A DNA stretch of 63,506 bases, filler included, from Syncephalis fuscata S228 (GCA_025786725.1; 4 parts of 4 records of this genome joined end to end with filler, not necessarily neighbours in it), one strand, 5' to 3'. Shown: positions 12,633 to 27,351, numbered from the whole stretch's first letter. Numbers and translations are program-made. Notes: a model not told the origin generated them from the sequence alone.

Positions 12633-12935
12633 ATGGCGCGTAAAGGAGCAGGTCGCCAAACGTCAGACAATGTACTGACTAGCAATAGAGCAGGATGCTG
12701 GATTCAATTTCTAACCGATAAAGCGGGCGAGTCTACCGTACTGCCAACTATTCTGCTTATTGCTTTGTTAGTGCGTTGGGTCGTGTCTTTGGGCCCGTAT
12801 TCAGGTTAGTTATATCTAGGATAATTAACTTATAGCTTATGGATACGGATACGGATATGGCGATGTATAGGAGAAGCTATACCACGGTATTTGGTGACTA
12901 TGAGGCACAGCGACACTGGATGGAAATTACACTTC
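12633..12935 (+). CDS. ALG6: Dolichyl-P-Glc alpha-1,3-glucosyltransferase ALG6, 5' fragment truncated at contig end
   Basis: LLVRWVVSLGPYSG, an intron, then FGDYEAQRHWMEITL (ALG6 signature). One apparent 1-bp deletion near 12884. Confidence 0.9.
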
Positions 12936-13035
12936 NNNNNNNNNNNNNNNNNNNNNNNNNNNNNNNNNNNNNNNNNNNNTTAATTAATTAANNNNNNNNN
13001 NNNNNNNNNNNNNNNNNNNNNNNNNNNNNNNNNNN
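12936..13035. other. Artificial contig linker N44-TTAATTAATTAA-N44
   Basis: Exactly 100 bp with stops in all six frames; identical at three places. Confidence 0.98.
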
Positions 13036-13998
13036 CATACGTAGGCCACCATCATCTGGTCGGCTCTGCTTAATAGGTTTGCCATCAACATCGGTCAAAC
13101 AAACGGCACCACCATAGTGCGAAAAGTGGTCATGGCCGCCTAGAACCAAATCGACCTCTTTATCGAGCTCACGGGCGCAGACTTGGTCATTAGGTAGACG
13201 CATATGTGTCAATGCAATGACAATATCGCATTGACCACCCTCGGCTGACCTTAGATGATTGGCAAGTTTTTTGCCAATTTCTACGTAGTCACGATACTCG
13301 ACCGTTGGTGGTAAGCTAATGCATTAATAAGCTAATGGTTAAAAAAATAAACAGCAACACAGCGACTTACTCTGAAATGGTCTGTAGCCATTCTCTAATG
13401 CACATTAATTATTATTAGCTGTGTTGTTATAAATGCTATATTAATATATTGAATCTTACTTTTCAACCAAACCAATAACACCGATCTTTATGCCAGCACG
13501 CTCTACAATAATATACTCTTTTCCATTGGCTAGAGGCATATTGGTGCTTGAGTCAAAGACGTTGGAAAGCACCATGGAAAATTGCACAAAGCAGCCAGCT
13601 TTTCCAAATTGGCTACACCAAAATCAAAATCCTATTTATAATATGTAAGTAAAATATTCAATACTGAATATTAGTTAACAGCTTACATGGTTTCCGTAGC
13701 AAGCAACATCGATATTTAGTTTATTAACTACTGGCACCATATGTTTGCCTTTTGTAACGGAAGACTCGATACTGGGATTGAAAAGATCGCCGCTGAATAG
13801 AATCAGTGCATTATCCAACGGAGCCTGGCCATCCACTTGCTCAGTAAATGTACGGGCTTGTTGTAAAGCGGTGTAGAAACGAGCCGCGCCACCGACCGGC
13901 TCCTTTGCTTGTTCATCCAAATGATAAACATCGTTGAAATGAACAATACGCAACACCGTCTCTCCGTGCTCGTTGGTCCAGCTGTTATCGGCGGTCAT
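13036..13998 (-). CDS. 5'-nucleotidase / calcineurin-like metallophosphoesterase, 3'-truncated
   Basis: Motifs HFNDVYH, GGAARF, FSGDLFNPS, GNH|DFDFG, LSNV, ALTHMRLPND and LVLGGHDH; spliced. Confidence 0.9.
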
Positions 13999-15347
13999 AG
14001 TGGCTATGTGAAGGGTGCTAATTCTTTACAGGTGAATAGGATGAATGAGTGTGCGTATACGTACACGTATACACGTAGAGGATAGGTATGCACGCGCATG
14101 CCTACAAAGGAATGTGGCTGTTCTTGGAAATCCAAACTAGTTTCGATAGCACCATTGTACTACTTAGTCTTATGGGTCCAGTGTTAGTTTGTTTGCTATT
14201 TTTATATTTACATATATATTAATGCATCACTGTTCAAACACAGCTTAGTTGATCCAACTCATTAATTGCAGTCTTTTGTTTTAAAACTGGTGTTGAGCAG
14301 CATATTTTATTAAATACAAATGTTGTAAAACACGAAATAAAATACAGCTGCTAATTATAAGCAGGTTGCGGAATTACTCATTAATTGTAGATAATGCTAT
14401 TTAAATTACACTTACCACATTTGGTAATTATAAATTATCTAAATCTTCCCACAGTTAGAATTGTAATATATGCATTTTTTACCATATTCCAGACCTTATT
14501 TTCTACATAAATAGAGAATAGCTATTTAATTAGCTACTTTTTATTCGCAATAACGTACAGATAAGTTGTTTTAATTTATATCTCTACGTATGTATATATT
14601 TATAACTGTTATCGTGTTTTCACAGCAATTTTATAATTTACTACAAATATATTGTATATTATATGAAAGCAATATTAAAAATATATTAATTAGCAATATT
14701 GTTACTGTTCCACAATTACGGTATATTCATAATTACATCAAATATGTCACATGATTAACTATTCTACCATATGAATTAGCGATTATATGACACGGCCGAG
14801 ACATATGGTCCCATGATATTATTTACATACATGCAAATAGCCACAAGTATACAATAACACAAACAATATTTTATATCTACAATAATACAAGTAATATTTA
14901 AGCTATCTTGTTAGTCGGCTTACGTGATTGGCTATACAAACTAATAAGTATCACATGAAGAAAGAAGAACAAGCAAGATGTTTAATTTTATCATTAAATA
15001 TTATTTAATGTCGACGCGATATTTTTTATATAATTACGCATATATTTTTATTATCAAAATAAGCCACTATCATTTATTCTAATCTCAATTTTTAGTTTAT
15101 ATTCAAAAATTTGTCCCAATTTATTTTATTGTCTAAACGGTGTCAATACGCTGAATGACCACTAATTAGCTGCTCTAACATTTTACATATTTTGTTTGAC
15201 TAAGGTAAGCTTCTTATTGGCCACGTATTCAAGTACTTATTTATAGTGAACCATTATCTCATAACTAATTTTTATTTCAGGTATAAAGTTAAGATTAGAT
15301 ATTGCATAGCCGACTAATTGCTGTGTCTAATTTGCATAACAATAGCA

Positions 15348-17305
15348 TTGTTAATAAACATATGTCAACAACTAATAACTGTTGTTAGTTGTTTATCGAT
15401 AATAGTTAGTGTTGATATTATATATATGTACTATCCTTGTGATTTAGTAGATTTTTCTAATTGCCTAATGTATTTTTAGGCACACTGTTATAACAATACT
15501 GACATAATATCGGAATGCTAGCAATACTATGGTCGTGAAAAAATAACATTTTTATTTCTAATAGTTATAATTGTAGTAAACATATCTTGAAAAGCCGATA
15601 AAGCGCTAGTTTACAGATTTAAACCTTCAATTATCATTTCAATTCTATGCCAGTATGCAACCGTATTAAAAGAGCTATTGTAGTGTAATTAGATGATAAA
15701 AGGCAATGGAATGCGAATTAAAGGCAATATTAATCATTTAATTAATAAAATGTTGTCAGTATGATGTATACCTTTACGTAAAATCAAGCAAATTGCCTAA
15801 TATTTTGCACAGTTATGCATTTGATATATAAATAACTATTGGCAAAGTATACCGTTATTGCATTGTGTGATGATGTAGTAATTGTAGTAATACACTAATA
15901 AATGTACAAAAATAGCAGTTTTTAGTCATTCATGGCATATATACTTGAAATACAGTAAAACGATTATTGGATTCGGGTTCTGCATGCTTAGTTATACCGA
16001 TTGGTATGATTTATAGAACAACGATTTTTGCAAAAAAAGTTGGTCAAAAATGCAATTTACGTGTTTTTGATTTACTTAGTAAAGCGTTGATATTACTACG
16101 TATACCTTTACGTAAAATCAAGCAAATTGTCTAATATTTTGCGCAGTTATGCATTTGATATATAAATAACTATAGGCAAAGTATACCGTTATTGCATTGT
16201 GTGATGATGTAGTAATTGTAGTAATACACTAATAAATGTACAAAAATAGCAGTTTTTAGTCATTCATGGCATATATACTTGAAATACAGTAAAACGATTA
16301 TTGGATTCGGGTTCTGCATGCTTAGTTATACCGATTGGTATGATTTATAGAACAACGATTTTTGCAAAAATAATTAGCTAAAAGTGGAATTTACCTGTAA
16401 ATACTATTAATGAAAACGGTTAAACTTTATAATTTTAATATAAAAAATAAAATTTGGTATAAAGTAAATTTAAAGTACTTTACAGCACAAAAACAAAACA
16501 TAATAGCAATTTAGTATACAAAAACATTAATACACAGTGGTAATTTATGCTATTGGTATATATATAGCAGATTTTCATTAAAATATTTACAGATAAATTC
16601 CACTTTTGACTAACATTTTGTGCAAAAATCATTGTTCCATTTCTTATACCAATCGGTATAACTAAGCATGCAGAACCCGAATCCAATAATCGTTTTACTG
16701 TATTTCAAGTATATATGCCATGAATGACTAAAAACTGCTATTTTTGTACATTTATTAGTGTATTACTACAATTACTACATCATCACACAATGCAATAACG
16801 GTATACTTTGCCAATAGTTATTTATATATCAAATGCATAACTGTGCAAAATATTAGGCAATTTGCTTGATTTTACGTAAAGGTATACATCATACTGACAA
16901 CATTTTATTAATTAAATGATTAATATTGCCTTTAATTCGCATTCCATTGCCTTTTATCATCTAATTACACTACAATAGCTCTTTTAATACGGTTGCATAC
17001 TGGCATAGAATTGAAATGATAATTGAAGGTTTAAATCTGTAAACTAGCGCTTTATCGGCTTTTCAAGATATGTTTACTACAATTATAACTATTAGAAATA
17101 AAAATGTTATTTTTTCACGACCATAGTATTGTTAGCATTCCGATATTATGTCAGTATTGTTATAACAGTGTGCCTAAAAATACATTAGGCAATTAGAAAA
17201 ATCTACTAAATCACAAGGATAGTACATATATATAATATCAACACTAACTATTATCGATAAACAACTAACAACAGTTATTAGTTGTTGACATGTGTTTATT
17301 AACAA
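15348..17305. repeat. ~2-kb foldback (inverted arms ~700 bp) with an internal ~270-bp direct duplication
   Basis: 15348-~16040 is the near-perfect reverse complement of ~16610-17305. 15766-16035 is repeated at 16100-16370. Confidence 0.95.
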
Positions 17306-18097
17306 GAGCCAACAATTTTGCGTTAATGATTAAATAGTACAAATTATTTAGGTTCTAATAGTTTTGGTCACTGAAAAGTAATAGCTCTATTCAATATTAA
17401 TAAAATAATAATTTTTTCTAGTTTAATCTTATTTTTACTCAGTGGCATACATGCTATTCAATTTACTATAGTCAAGCTGTGCTAACTAATGATCAATAAA
17501 AAATAAGTTTATTATTGAATTAATACGACTAAACAACAAATTGTATTCTAAGCATTAGATAAGCGTTAATAAGCATTATAAATTAACGTTACAAGATAAT
17601 TTCAAAATAAAGTATTGCTTGGCCATTTAAGTCGCAGTTTCTAAAAGTAAAACCGTAACACCATGTTTAGCTTTTATACGATATTTTGCAATACGGATTT
17701 CTGTAACTGCTTGTTTCCATATATCAAAAATAAAATTTAACGAATGAGTTATTTGTCTATATACCGTATTTGTACGAGGGCAATACATTCTACTACAACA
17801 ATACACATACAAATAGTATTTCTACTTAGTTTAAGTCTAGTATATACTTTGCGGTCATGCATTTTATTTACTCGTCTAATAATAACAAATAATATGGCAG
17901 AATAGTTGGTATAAATTTGTAATAATTTACATAAACAATAAAATGTCTTTTGTTCTATCCAACATAACATAAAAAAACAATAGCGTTATTATTAACGAAT
18001 TAAAATATAATATATCATTATTATTACACCAATACTAATAAAAGTTTAGAAATAGGTAATCAGCTGATTTACTAAAAAAACGATTTAAGCTCATAGC

Positions 18098-19306
18098 TTA
18101 GCCACGAAAATTGTTTTTCATTTCGCGTAATTGAGCCATAACATTTACCAAAGAGGTTTGACCTGTTGCTTTTTGTAAAGCCATCTCTCTATAATAGACC
18201 ATTAATAACACCATTCAACTCTATATTACTAATTACTTACTGAGTGCGCATAAATGGATTGCAAGCCAGTTCTGATGCAATGGTGCTTGGTACGGTACAA
18301 TCGTGCTTTTGCGCAAAACTCAATTTCTCCTATTAATAGCGATTAGTTTATGTTATATAAATGGTAAATCAACCTACTTGAAGTGCTTTATTATCCGGAT
18401 CGACAGAAATAGCAAACTATCATAATTTGTTTGTATTATTTTCATACCCACTTATTATTGTACCCACTTTAAGATTGGCAAGTGTATATTCATGGCCGCA
18501 GTACACCTTTGTATCCTCTGGCAATGCAGCTAACTTGCCCAAAGAAGAAAGCATTTGTTCTGCCGTACCTTCAAAGAATCGACCACAACCGCCAATAAAT
18601 AGCGTATCACCGGTGAAAACAACACGCTGATGCTCTTCATCTGCAGCCGAAGGATCGACAACATAATAGCAAATATGACCAGTAGTATGGCAAGGCGTTG
18701 CTATAGCGCGTACCTTTAATTGACCAATCTACATCGAATAAAACAGATGCCGTAGTGGTGTTAATAAGCCACACAATAGATTTGTATCAATCTAACTTAC
18801 TGTAAATTCATCACCATCGCCAACATGATGGTTAAGAGCAGCAATACGATCATCGCCACCAAATACACGCAGATCTGGCCGCTCTTTAAAGATCGTCCCG
18901 TTTCCACCCGAATGATCTCTATTACATTAGCATTAAAATTAATACAATTTATTAATCAAAGCATCAACTTACAGGTGATGATGCGTTGTAAGTACCGTTG
19001 TAAGCTTGCATTCATGTCGCTCAACCGCAGCTAGTAAACGCTCTGGCTGTACAGGATCAATGACCGCCGCTATCTATCTATTAATAAAGCTACTTTTAAG
19101 CAGCAATAGTAATCTTTACCCTCTTGCGTCACTGGATCAATTAGTAGGTAGGCATAGTTGTCGCCTAAACAAGGTACAGGTTCTACCTTCATAATGCGTG
19201 TTGTGTTTGTTGAATAAGCGTAGTGCCGAGTACTAAAAGACCACCTAGTATTGGCTACAAGTGATTGCTTGCGTAGTAACCTAAAGCGACAATAAAGTGG
19301 AATCAT
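18098..19306 (-). CDS. GLO2: Hydroxyacylglutathione hydrolase (glyoxalase II) with probable mitochondrial presequence
   Basis: Motifs DNYAYLL, THHH|[47 protein letters not shown] and the C-terminus [10 protein letters not shown]. Confidence 0.93.
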
Positions 19307-22006
19307 GAACAAATAAGCAATGTGGTGATCACGTCTAGTTTCATCAAGGCGACTTTCTTTAAACAGCCAATTCATTGATACAGTTATTTGGTATAATCAT
19401 ACACTATTAGCAGTATCCATCTATTACTAGCATTACAAGTAAAAGCCTATGTATTTTTATTAAATGGGTTATTCTATTCATTTAGAACGCTGTGGCGGAC
19501 CTTTAAGCCACTGTCATAGCCTTGTCAATGCGATATACGGCAATCATGGTGGGTGGATTCGTTGGTTGGTTGTGGGACCGTTTTTGACTGATCCGCTTAA
19601 GCACAAGCCATCATGTGTTCTACACCACTACTATTGCTGCCTATGCCGAAATAGCAATAGTATCGCCGACAAGACCAAGTTGATGGGGATGCGGATAAAT
19701 ACATTCACAGACTATACAAGTGACAGGAATGGTGGCTTTATATAGAGATATAGCCATTTCTATAGGTATCTATCGGCCAGATTCGGACGAGAAGTGAGAG
19801 AAACGACCTTGTCGCCACACCACACTCATTCACTCACACCACACTCACAATAGCACTTACACACACACACACACTTGCCCATCCTATTGTGGATATCACT
19901 ATTTCCCATTGATACACACACACACACACACAGAATAAAGTGGTCAACCTTTTCTCATTCCTCCCACACACACACAAATATATTTGTTCTCTATTACAGA
20001 TCGATATCACTTTTCTTTCCCATATTGTTCTTTCTTCAACACAGTTCTACCTGGTTAATGATACTTGTTCAAAGGAACAAACTATCACTACTATCACACC
20101 ATCATTCATTAGTATCGCTTTAACTATTGAATCTACATCAAGTATCACTTTTAACCAATTGATTGAGTGACTGTGTTCATCAAGTGCAGTGACTGTGTTC
20201 ATTAAAGACTTGTAGCTAGCCTCACATACGATTTTGACCGCCATCACACTGTTTTGTTTAATTCAACGGTAAGTTAAAGAAGTCTAGACACTGGTATAGA
20301 CCATCTATTGTCAATATCAAACTCTTTATTATTTGTTATTATTCTATTATATTATGGTTATACTGTTTGTTTCAAAATGCTGTCAAGGTAGTTTTGGTCA
20401 GACTTACTAAAGCTTGCTTCTCCATGTTTAGCTTTACAACTTGATAAGCTGGGACGCATGCTATTGCGACATGGACGCACTTCTCCCTTTTGTATCATCT
20501 TTGTAGCATGCGTATATTGTTGTGTGTAGACATTGATATCTATGTGTGTGTTTGTGTGTGTGCACGTAGAATGTGCGGGGATATGACAATGGCCATAACA
20601 CCACGTCCATGCTGCAGCACCTCAGACCAACACTCCTAAGCATGGCATAGCATAGCATAGGAGAGAGTGAACGAGGTACAGGGTGGTTGGTGTGATCATA
20701 GTTGTTGCCACCAGTTGTCATAATATGAATGATAATAGAATAATAGCAACCATTTATATCATAACAATAATACTATATAGTTTATATGACCTCTATTTCC
20801 CCTTTTTGTTGTCCATCTCCTTGTCATAATGGTCGATAGAAGGGCCGTAGAGGATGAGTGGTGTCTATTATGTATGTAGTATGTATGTAGGTGTAGGTGT
20901 GTGTGTATGGTCTCGCCTTTTGTTCTTATGCCAACAATACTTGCACGCTTTTTTGTTAATGGTGTGACGATGTCTCGTAGAATGTGATCCCCTTTTTCTT
21001 CAATCCATCAATTAATGTGTGTGTGTGTGTAAGTCATGGCTTGCATGCGATATGACACATACACATACCATACACATACACATATACACCTATAGACACA
21101 CATACACATATAGATAGATAGACACATTAGTAGATAGATACCCTCATTCTATTTGGCACACCGTCTATCTCGTGGTCCTATGATGACCTACCATTGGATT
21201 TGTTGTATTGTGTTAATAACATACACTTTGTATTCAATGTATCATGATGTAAACGAGAACATTGCTCGCGCTCTTTACGACTACCATCCTTGAAGGGAGT
21301 TTCTATGACCTATTTTGGTTGACGACCTGTTATTCCTCTAAATGATGATGATATGATCGCACACTTACCACGACTACTCTCATTCTCACTACATCCCATT
21401 CACACTCTATTCCTTGTCCTCTCTTATCTACTCTCCTCTCTTTCTCCTCACACACAAACTCAATATTTACCACTCACTCACAGACGGCTTTTTCTTTCCG
21501 TTCTTATTTCATTCCCGCTTTTCAATTCTCTTCTCCTTCTTTTAACTACTACAACACTCTTTGCACTCGTTGTTGCACCCGGCCTGGTTGTTATAGGTGC
21601 TTGTTCTCTCTTACTACCACTACCACGCACTCACTCACTCTCTGTCTGTCTGTCTCGTGTCGCTGTTCATTTCTTTGCTTTGCTTTGCTCTGCCATATTG
21701 GTTTGCTTTATTCATTTCATTTCATTCACTTGTTCTTTCACCGGCTTTGTGTTTTACGCATACAATAGTAGTGCCAATTGTCGTCGTTTAGCGTGCTTAA
21801 AATACATTACGCTTTTACTTTTCGTTCAATTCATCTCCGTTGTGTTACTGTCTTTGTTTCGCCACCCACCTTCTTCTATTGTTTGGTCGCTTGTCTTCAA
21901 TCTTGACTAACCAGTCCTTTTCGCCGTTGTACTACAGATTATACTGATTCGCACGACTTTGCTGTGTTTTGCCATCCCCCGTTATACACCGTGTCCGTCT
22001 TTCAAT

Positions 22007-22876
22007 ATGCTTAAAGAAATCACCGTTGCCATCGAGTTCTTTGCTCGTATCTTCCGTCTACAGCCACAGACACAGCAGTATGATGCGTTTGCTGCCCGCG
22101 CTTAGACCTCATTACAAGAACGATGTGAAGGTCGCTGGCATCCGACGCTGCACTCTGCTCATCGTGCAGTAACTATTTTTGGCGGTGTCGCCGACCAAGC
22201 ATTGTTGGCTGCATTACGGGTGGCCGGTCTTGCCGATGATTTGGACAAACTATCAGAGTGTGTCCCTAAAGAGTTGGTCGTTTGGGTAGATCCAGGTGAG
22301 GTGGCCTTCCGTATCGGTGATCGTGGTCAGCCGTCGACCCTTTACAAGGAGAATAGCCATGGTAGTGACTCAGACTCAGATAGCGGCATTTCTGAGGGAA
22401 GTGATTTTATGAGCTGTCGTTCACCGTCCCCAACGAGTAATAGTCTCGGCTATTCGCCACCTCCTTCTCGCGCTGTACGCATCACAGCTCCTGGATCTGC
22501 CCCAACGATCCAGGCACCCGTTTCAAACGGTACAAAGCCGGCTGCACTTTCTCCACTTGGACAGGCCGTCATGAATGCATCACGATCACATGCGCAAATG
22601 TATAATCCCATTGCTGCCGCTGCCTCAGTAAATGCATTTTCACAACAGCAACAGCAGCAACAGCATTTTATTCAACAACAGCAACAGCTATTTCATCATC
22701 AACAGCTAATGCAGCAACAGCAGCAGCAACAGCAGTTTTATCATGCTCAGCAGTCGCAGTTCCGTCGTCATCACCACCAGCATCAGCATGCTATGATGAT
22801 GAATAGTGTCCAGCAGCAACGCCCGCGTGCCAACAGTCCAACAAAGTCTATGGTACGCTATGTTGAGGCTCGCTAA
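22007..22876 (+). CDS. BTG/Tob antiproliferative family protein with poly-Gln C-terminal region
   Basis: MLKEITVAIEFFAR...LQERCEGRWHP...SAHRAV...VPKELVVWVDPGEVAFRIGD (BTG box B). In-frame TAG at 22103. Confidence 0.85.
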
Positions 22877-24227
22877 TGTCTACGCTGTACACACCGACCC
22901 TTACTTGTGTACACGTACGTGACATTGGCTGGCATTATCGCGGCGACTATTTTATCATTTGCGTTTGGCGTGGCTATTGATCATAGACACAATATATACG
23001 ACATTCTATTGCATCGTCGGTCAAGTCACTGTTATTCTAGTCGTAGTATTAGTATTAGTAGTTTATACTGCCATTCTTTTTGCTTTCTTTTTTTGGTCGT
23101 TTCCGGCTACTTTATGACGTGATCTATTTCGTCGTAGATAGTAGCTGGCCATTCGACACTGCGTGTACACTTGTATTTGTCGCTTGTCTCTGTGACGTTA
23201 CCTCTTTTCATTGTTTATCTCCGTATTTTCACGGCTATTCGTCCTTTTATATTTTGCATGCATTATCTCGTTGTTGTTCTTGTTGTAGTTGTCGCTATTA
23301 ATATACGGCTATGGCTACCGTGTTGCTATTATGAGTATTATATTAGCATGGTCGGCATTAATAACAATAGCTACTTCTATCCGCCTGCTTCTTATTACAT
23401 CTACTCTCTCTACTCTCTACTCACACACTCTCTACCCTTTATATTCTCCTTTTCGTTCCATTCCGTTTGTTGTCCAATCTTTTCTTTTACGCTGTGTTTT
23501 GTTTAACCTGCGGTTTTATCACTCTCTGTCTTTTATTTGCAGCGGATGTTGATTCTCGTATGCGAGCTATTCTTCTTGTTTGCTTTTCGCTTCTTCTATT
23601 CTACCGGTACACAAAACACTTGGTAATAGAATTTCTATTCAATTTATCTATACACTTTTATTAAGCTTAACCACCATTGCAACTATTGTGTATTCATTTA
23701 TTCTATATATATAATGCTCTAGCAATAATAGTTGAGACCAAAGTAAATTAAGATTAATTTTGCACTAAATATGAAAGATAGAAAACGTGTAAATATTATA
23801 GCAGGTCCATTAACGATCAAATGATATCATTAATTGTAATAATAACAGTAATTTGACATTTCATCTATCCAATTGGCATAATGGTCATCCATATAAATAT
23901 ATAAATGTATAAATATATAGATATAATATGTATGTGTTGTGTGTGATGATCTGCTGACAATTGACGTATCATGTGCCTCACACATCATTCTATAATGATG
24001 ATTATTACGATAATAATGATGATAGTGGACCATTTAAAGACTATTCATTTATTTCATTGCTGTTACGTAGTAGTTTGATTATAGTTAACACTTTCTTCGT
24101 TATACTATTTTACATCAGTTCCGTAAAAACATCTTGCACCAAAATTAACTGCTCTATCTCTACTACTCACTTCAGAAAAGCTTACGTGTCTTGAATAACC
24201 TGTATCGCGTGTGTATTATCGGTTAAG

Positions 24228-25324
24228 ATGAGTAGTAATGCACAACGTCCTTTTCCAACTCGAATGTAAGTACTATAGTGAGGCCGGTGATAGACCAAGC
24301 GGATTCTACGTAGATGACGGCTAATCTGTAGCAATATTGCTATAACGACTATATAGGACCCTAACGGTCGTGAAGAGTAAGCTAAAAGGTGCACAGACTG
24401 GTCATAGTCTATTGAAGCGAAAGAGTGATGCGTTGACCAAACGGTTTCGAGATATTGTCAAGCTTATTGAAGAGGCAAAAATGAAAATGGGCCGTGTTAT
24501 GCAAACTGCTTCATTCTCACTGGCTGAAGTTACGTATATTGCCGGTGATGTTAGGTGAGTAATTGATACTTTTATGTTACTGCTTGATTATTCATACGAC
24601 AATACTACTAGTATCAAGTACAAGAAAGTGCCTCTACAGCTCAGCTTAAGGTGCGTACACGACAGGATAACGTATCCGGTGTAATGTTGCCAGCCTTTGA
24701 AACGTTCCAAGAAGGTGCCGATGGTAAGTGGTATAGATACATGATTTGTAACGTTGTTTTAATAGTATCAATACTGCTGCCACTATTAAATCACTTCTAT
24801 CGGTATAGCCTTTGAACTTACGGGTCTTGGTCGTGGTGGTCAGCAGATACAACGCTGCAAGGAAACGTATATTAGCGCAGTAAAGACTTTGGTAGAATTA
24901 GCCTCGTTACAAACGGCCTTCGTTATTCTCGATGAAGTCATTAAAGTGACAAACCGACGTGTCAATGCCATTGAACACATTATTATTCCACGACTTGAGA
25001 ATACCATTTCGTATATTGTTTCCGAATTGGATGAACAAGATCGTGAAGAATTCTTCCGGTCAGTAACATTGATAGGATTAATATGAATTAATGACATTTA
25101 ACATTATTATTATTGTTATTATTAGATTGAAAAAGGTACAAACAAAGAAGAAGGAGTCACGTGAACGTGAAGATAAGAAGCGTCATGAATTATCTCTTCA
25201 AAAAGGTAGGCTATATTAATAATACGAGTTAATTAACTAATGTGATTGCTATTTATTAGAAGAAGCGGTCAGTCAACCACGTGATATTTTGCAAGAAGAT
25301 GAAGACGAAGATATTATTTTTTAA
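24228..25324 (+). CDS. VMA8: V-type ATPase V1 subunit D (6 exons)
   Basis: FPTRM|[57 protein letters not shown] and C-terminal DEDIIF*. Confidence 0.96.
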
Positions 25325-27351
25325 CATTATCACTGACCATAACAACAATAGCCATCATCATCACCACCACAATCAGAACTACAATGATAACAGCAGTAAC
25401 AACAGCGGTGATGGCAATGATATTTGTCACAAATTATACATAAATTACTGTTGTTACAAAGTATAGTAAATGATACTGCTTGCTTGATCATTGACCGTGC
25501 ATAGTCGATAAAGTAAATGGTCTGTGTTTTATCGAGAGATTAAGCGGGGTTGGAAAGCGGTTTGATGTCACGTATAACTCCATGTTATGCTGTAGACTAC
25601 GAATACGTATGCACTCCTGAGTTCAAGCCAGATGCTGCACATTGATAATATGCAGAATGGTTCACAGGACCCAGAAAATAGTATTTTTATTATATTAGTT
25701 ATCAATTTAAATAATAACTGTCATTGCGTATGCTGAGTGTTAATAGATAATGACGACTATTATTGAGTATTATTATGAGTTATATAGTTATTGTTAAGCT
25801 TAATTAACTATACAGTATTGAGTGAATTAATCAATGAGTAATCGTATTGGCGTTATCTAACCTTTGACATATAAGTAAACAGGTGGTACAGTCTTTGCTT
25901 TTTAGGTATTCTATTAAGAGAAGGTGCCATTTCGGCCTTTAAAGCACGGTCATGCGTGCAGTCAGAGTCGACGCTTGGTGGGAAAAGTGTGCTTTATCTG
26001 TATGGTAGTGCATTCTATTGCAGCTATATACACAACTGACACCTTGAATCTGCTATCGATAATGTTGACACGGATAGATAGTGTTGGTTATTGCTAGCTA
26101 CAACATGATCCTTACCATTTGACATGTTAATAAACGATAGAATTAATTATAATTAAATACTTGATTATTAATAATAATAATAATACGTAAAATAGATACA
26201 ATACCCAATAGAATTGCAAATCTTTTAATTTTATTATAAATGTTATAAAGATAGAATTAATCAAGTGCAGATTAATGTCAACACACATTTGCACAAGTTC
26301 TGTTGACATCGAATAATGATGATACTGCACGGTATTAACCTTGGTTTGGGAATTATATTACTGATTGCTGGTATGGAGTGCAGCTATTGACTTCCACGAT
26401 GCTTGTCAGCGAGTGCATGCAGTATTACTCGGCCAACAATCCGCTTATAACAACAATAAAGCTATCGGCAAATTAGTGCCACAACTCTGTCCATATCTAT
26501 GGATTATTTCCTCTTCTATTCTCTTTCTATTCAATACTAATAACACTAATACCAATACTCACCGGTGGTTACTGTTGACAGTGACTCGTCTAATTTGTCC
26601 CATCACAAAACATTCCATTATCGTATATCCTATTGCTCCTCTCCTCATCATTTACATTTTTGCTACGGCAGTCTCGTTTATTGCCATCCATTGATCAATT
26701 AAGAGCGAGGAAGAGATAGAAGGCGACTAAATATTATAGTGTTTTGTGGTCGTACAGCGTATTGGTGGTTGGTTAGTGTTGCTATACATTAGAGCCAGTA
26801 ATAGCCGTTTTAAAAAAGCATTGTATTCATTCTAGTTACACGGTTAATCTTCAAGTAAGTCATTGGTTCTAATTAGAACAAAGATGTTTCTATAAATGTA
26901 TTACGACTACGACTAGCCAAAGTGTTTGATTATGGACTGGATCCAACTAATGATTGGTTATTAATGCCTATTTTATTATGATTATTCAGGAATAACAACG
27001 TGGCTCGTACAGAATTGTGCGTAAATACGAACAAGTCGTTGTCCCTCGCCCGCTTGTATTAGCAATAGTGCCATTGATTATTGGTATTGGTATTGGCATT
27101 GCTATTATACAGCTAGACAAGTGCCGTTGTCCCTTTTGTGACAACAAGTACCATTTGTTCGCTCACTATTTCGTTATTTTGCTATTTTGTTATTTCGTTC
27201 AATTGGCCATCTGTCCACTCGTACGTTGTTCGCTTCTTTATTCATCCGTTCATGCGCGCACAGTCCTGTGCACCAATGAACCAATTCGACTTGTCTTCAC
27301 TTTGCATATTCTACACGCCCTCATACAGGTACACACAGAATTATTCACATC

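Noticed and set aside
12980-12991. TTAATTAATTAA palindrome as a biological site
   Set aside because: It is a six-frame stop linker centred in N runs and repeated identically three times.
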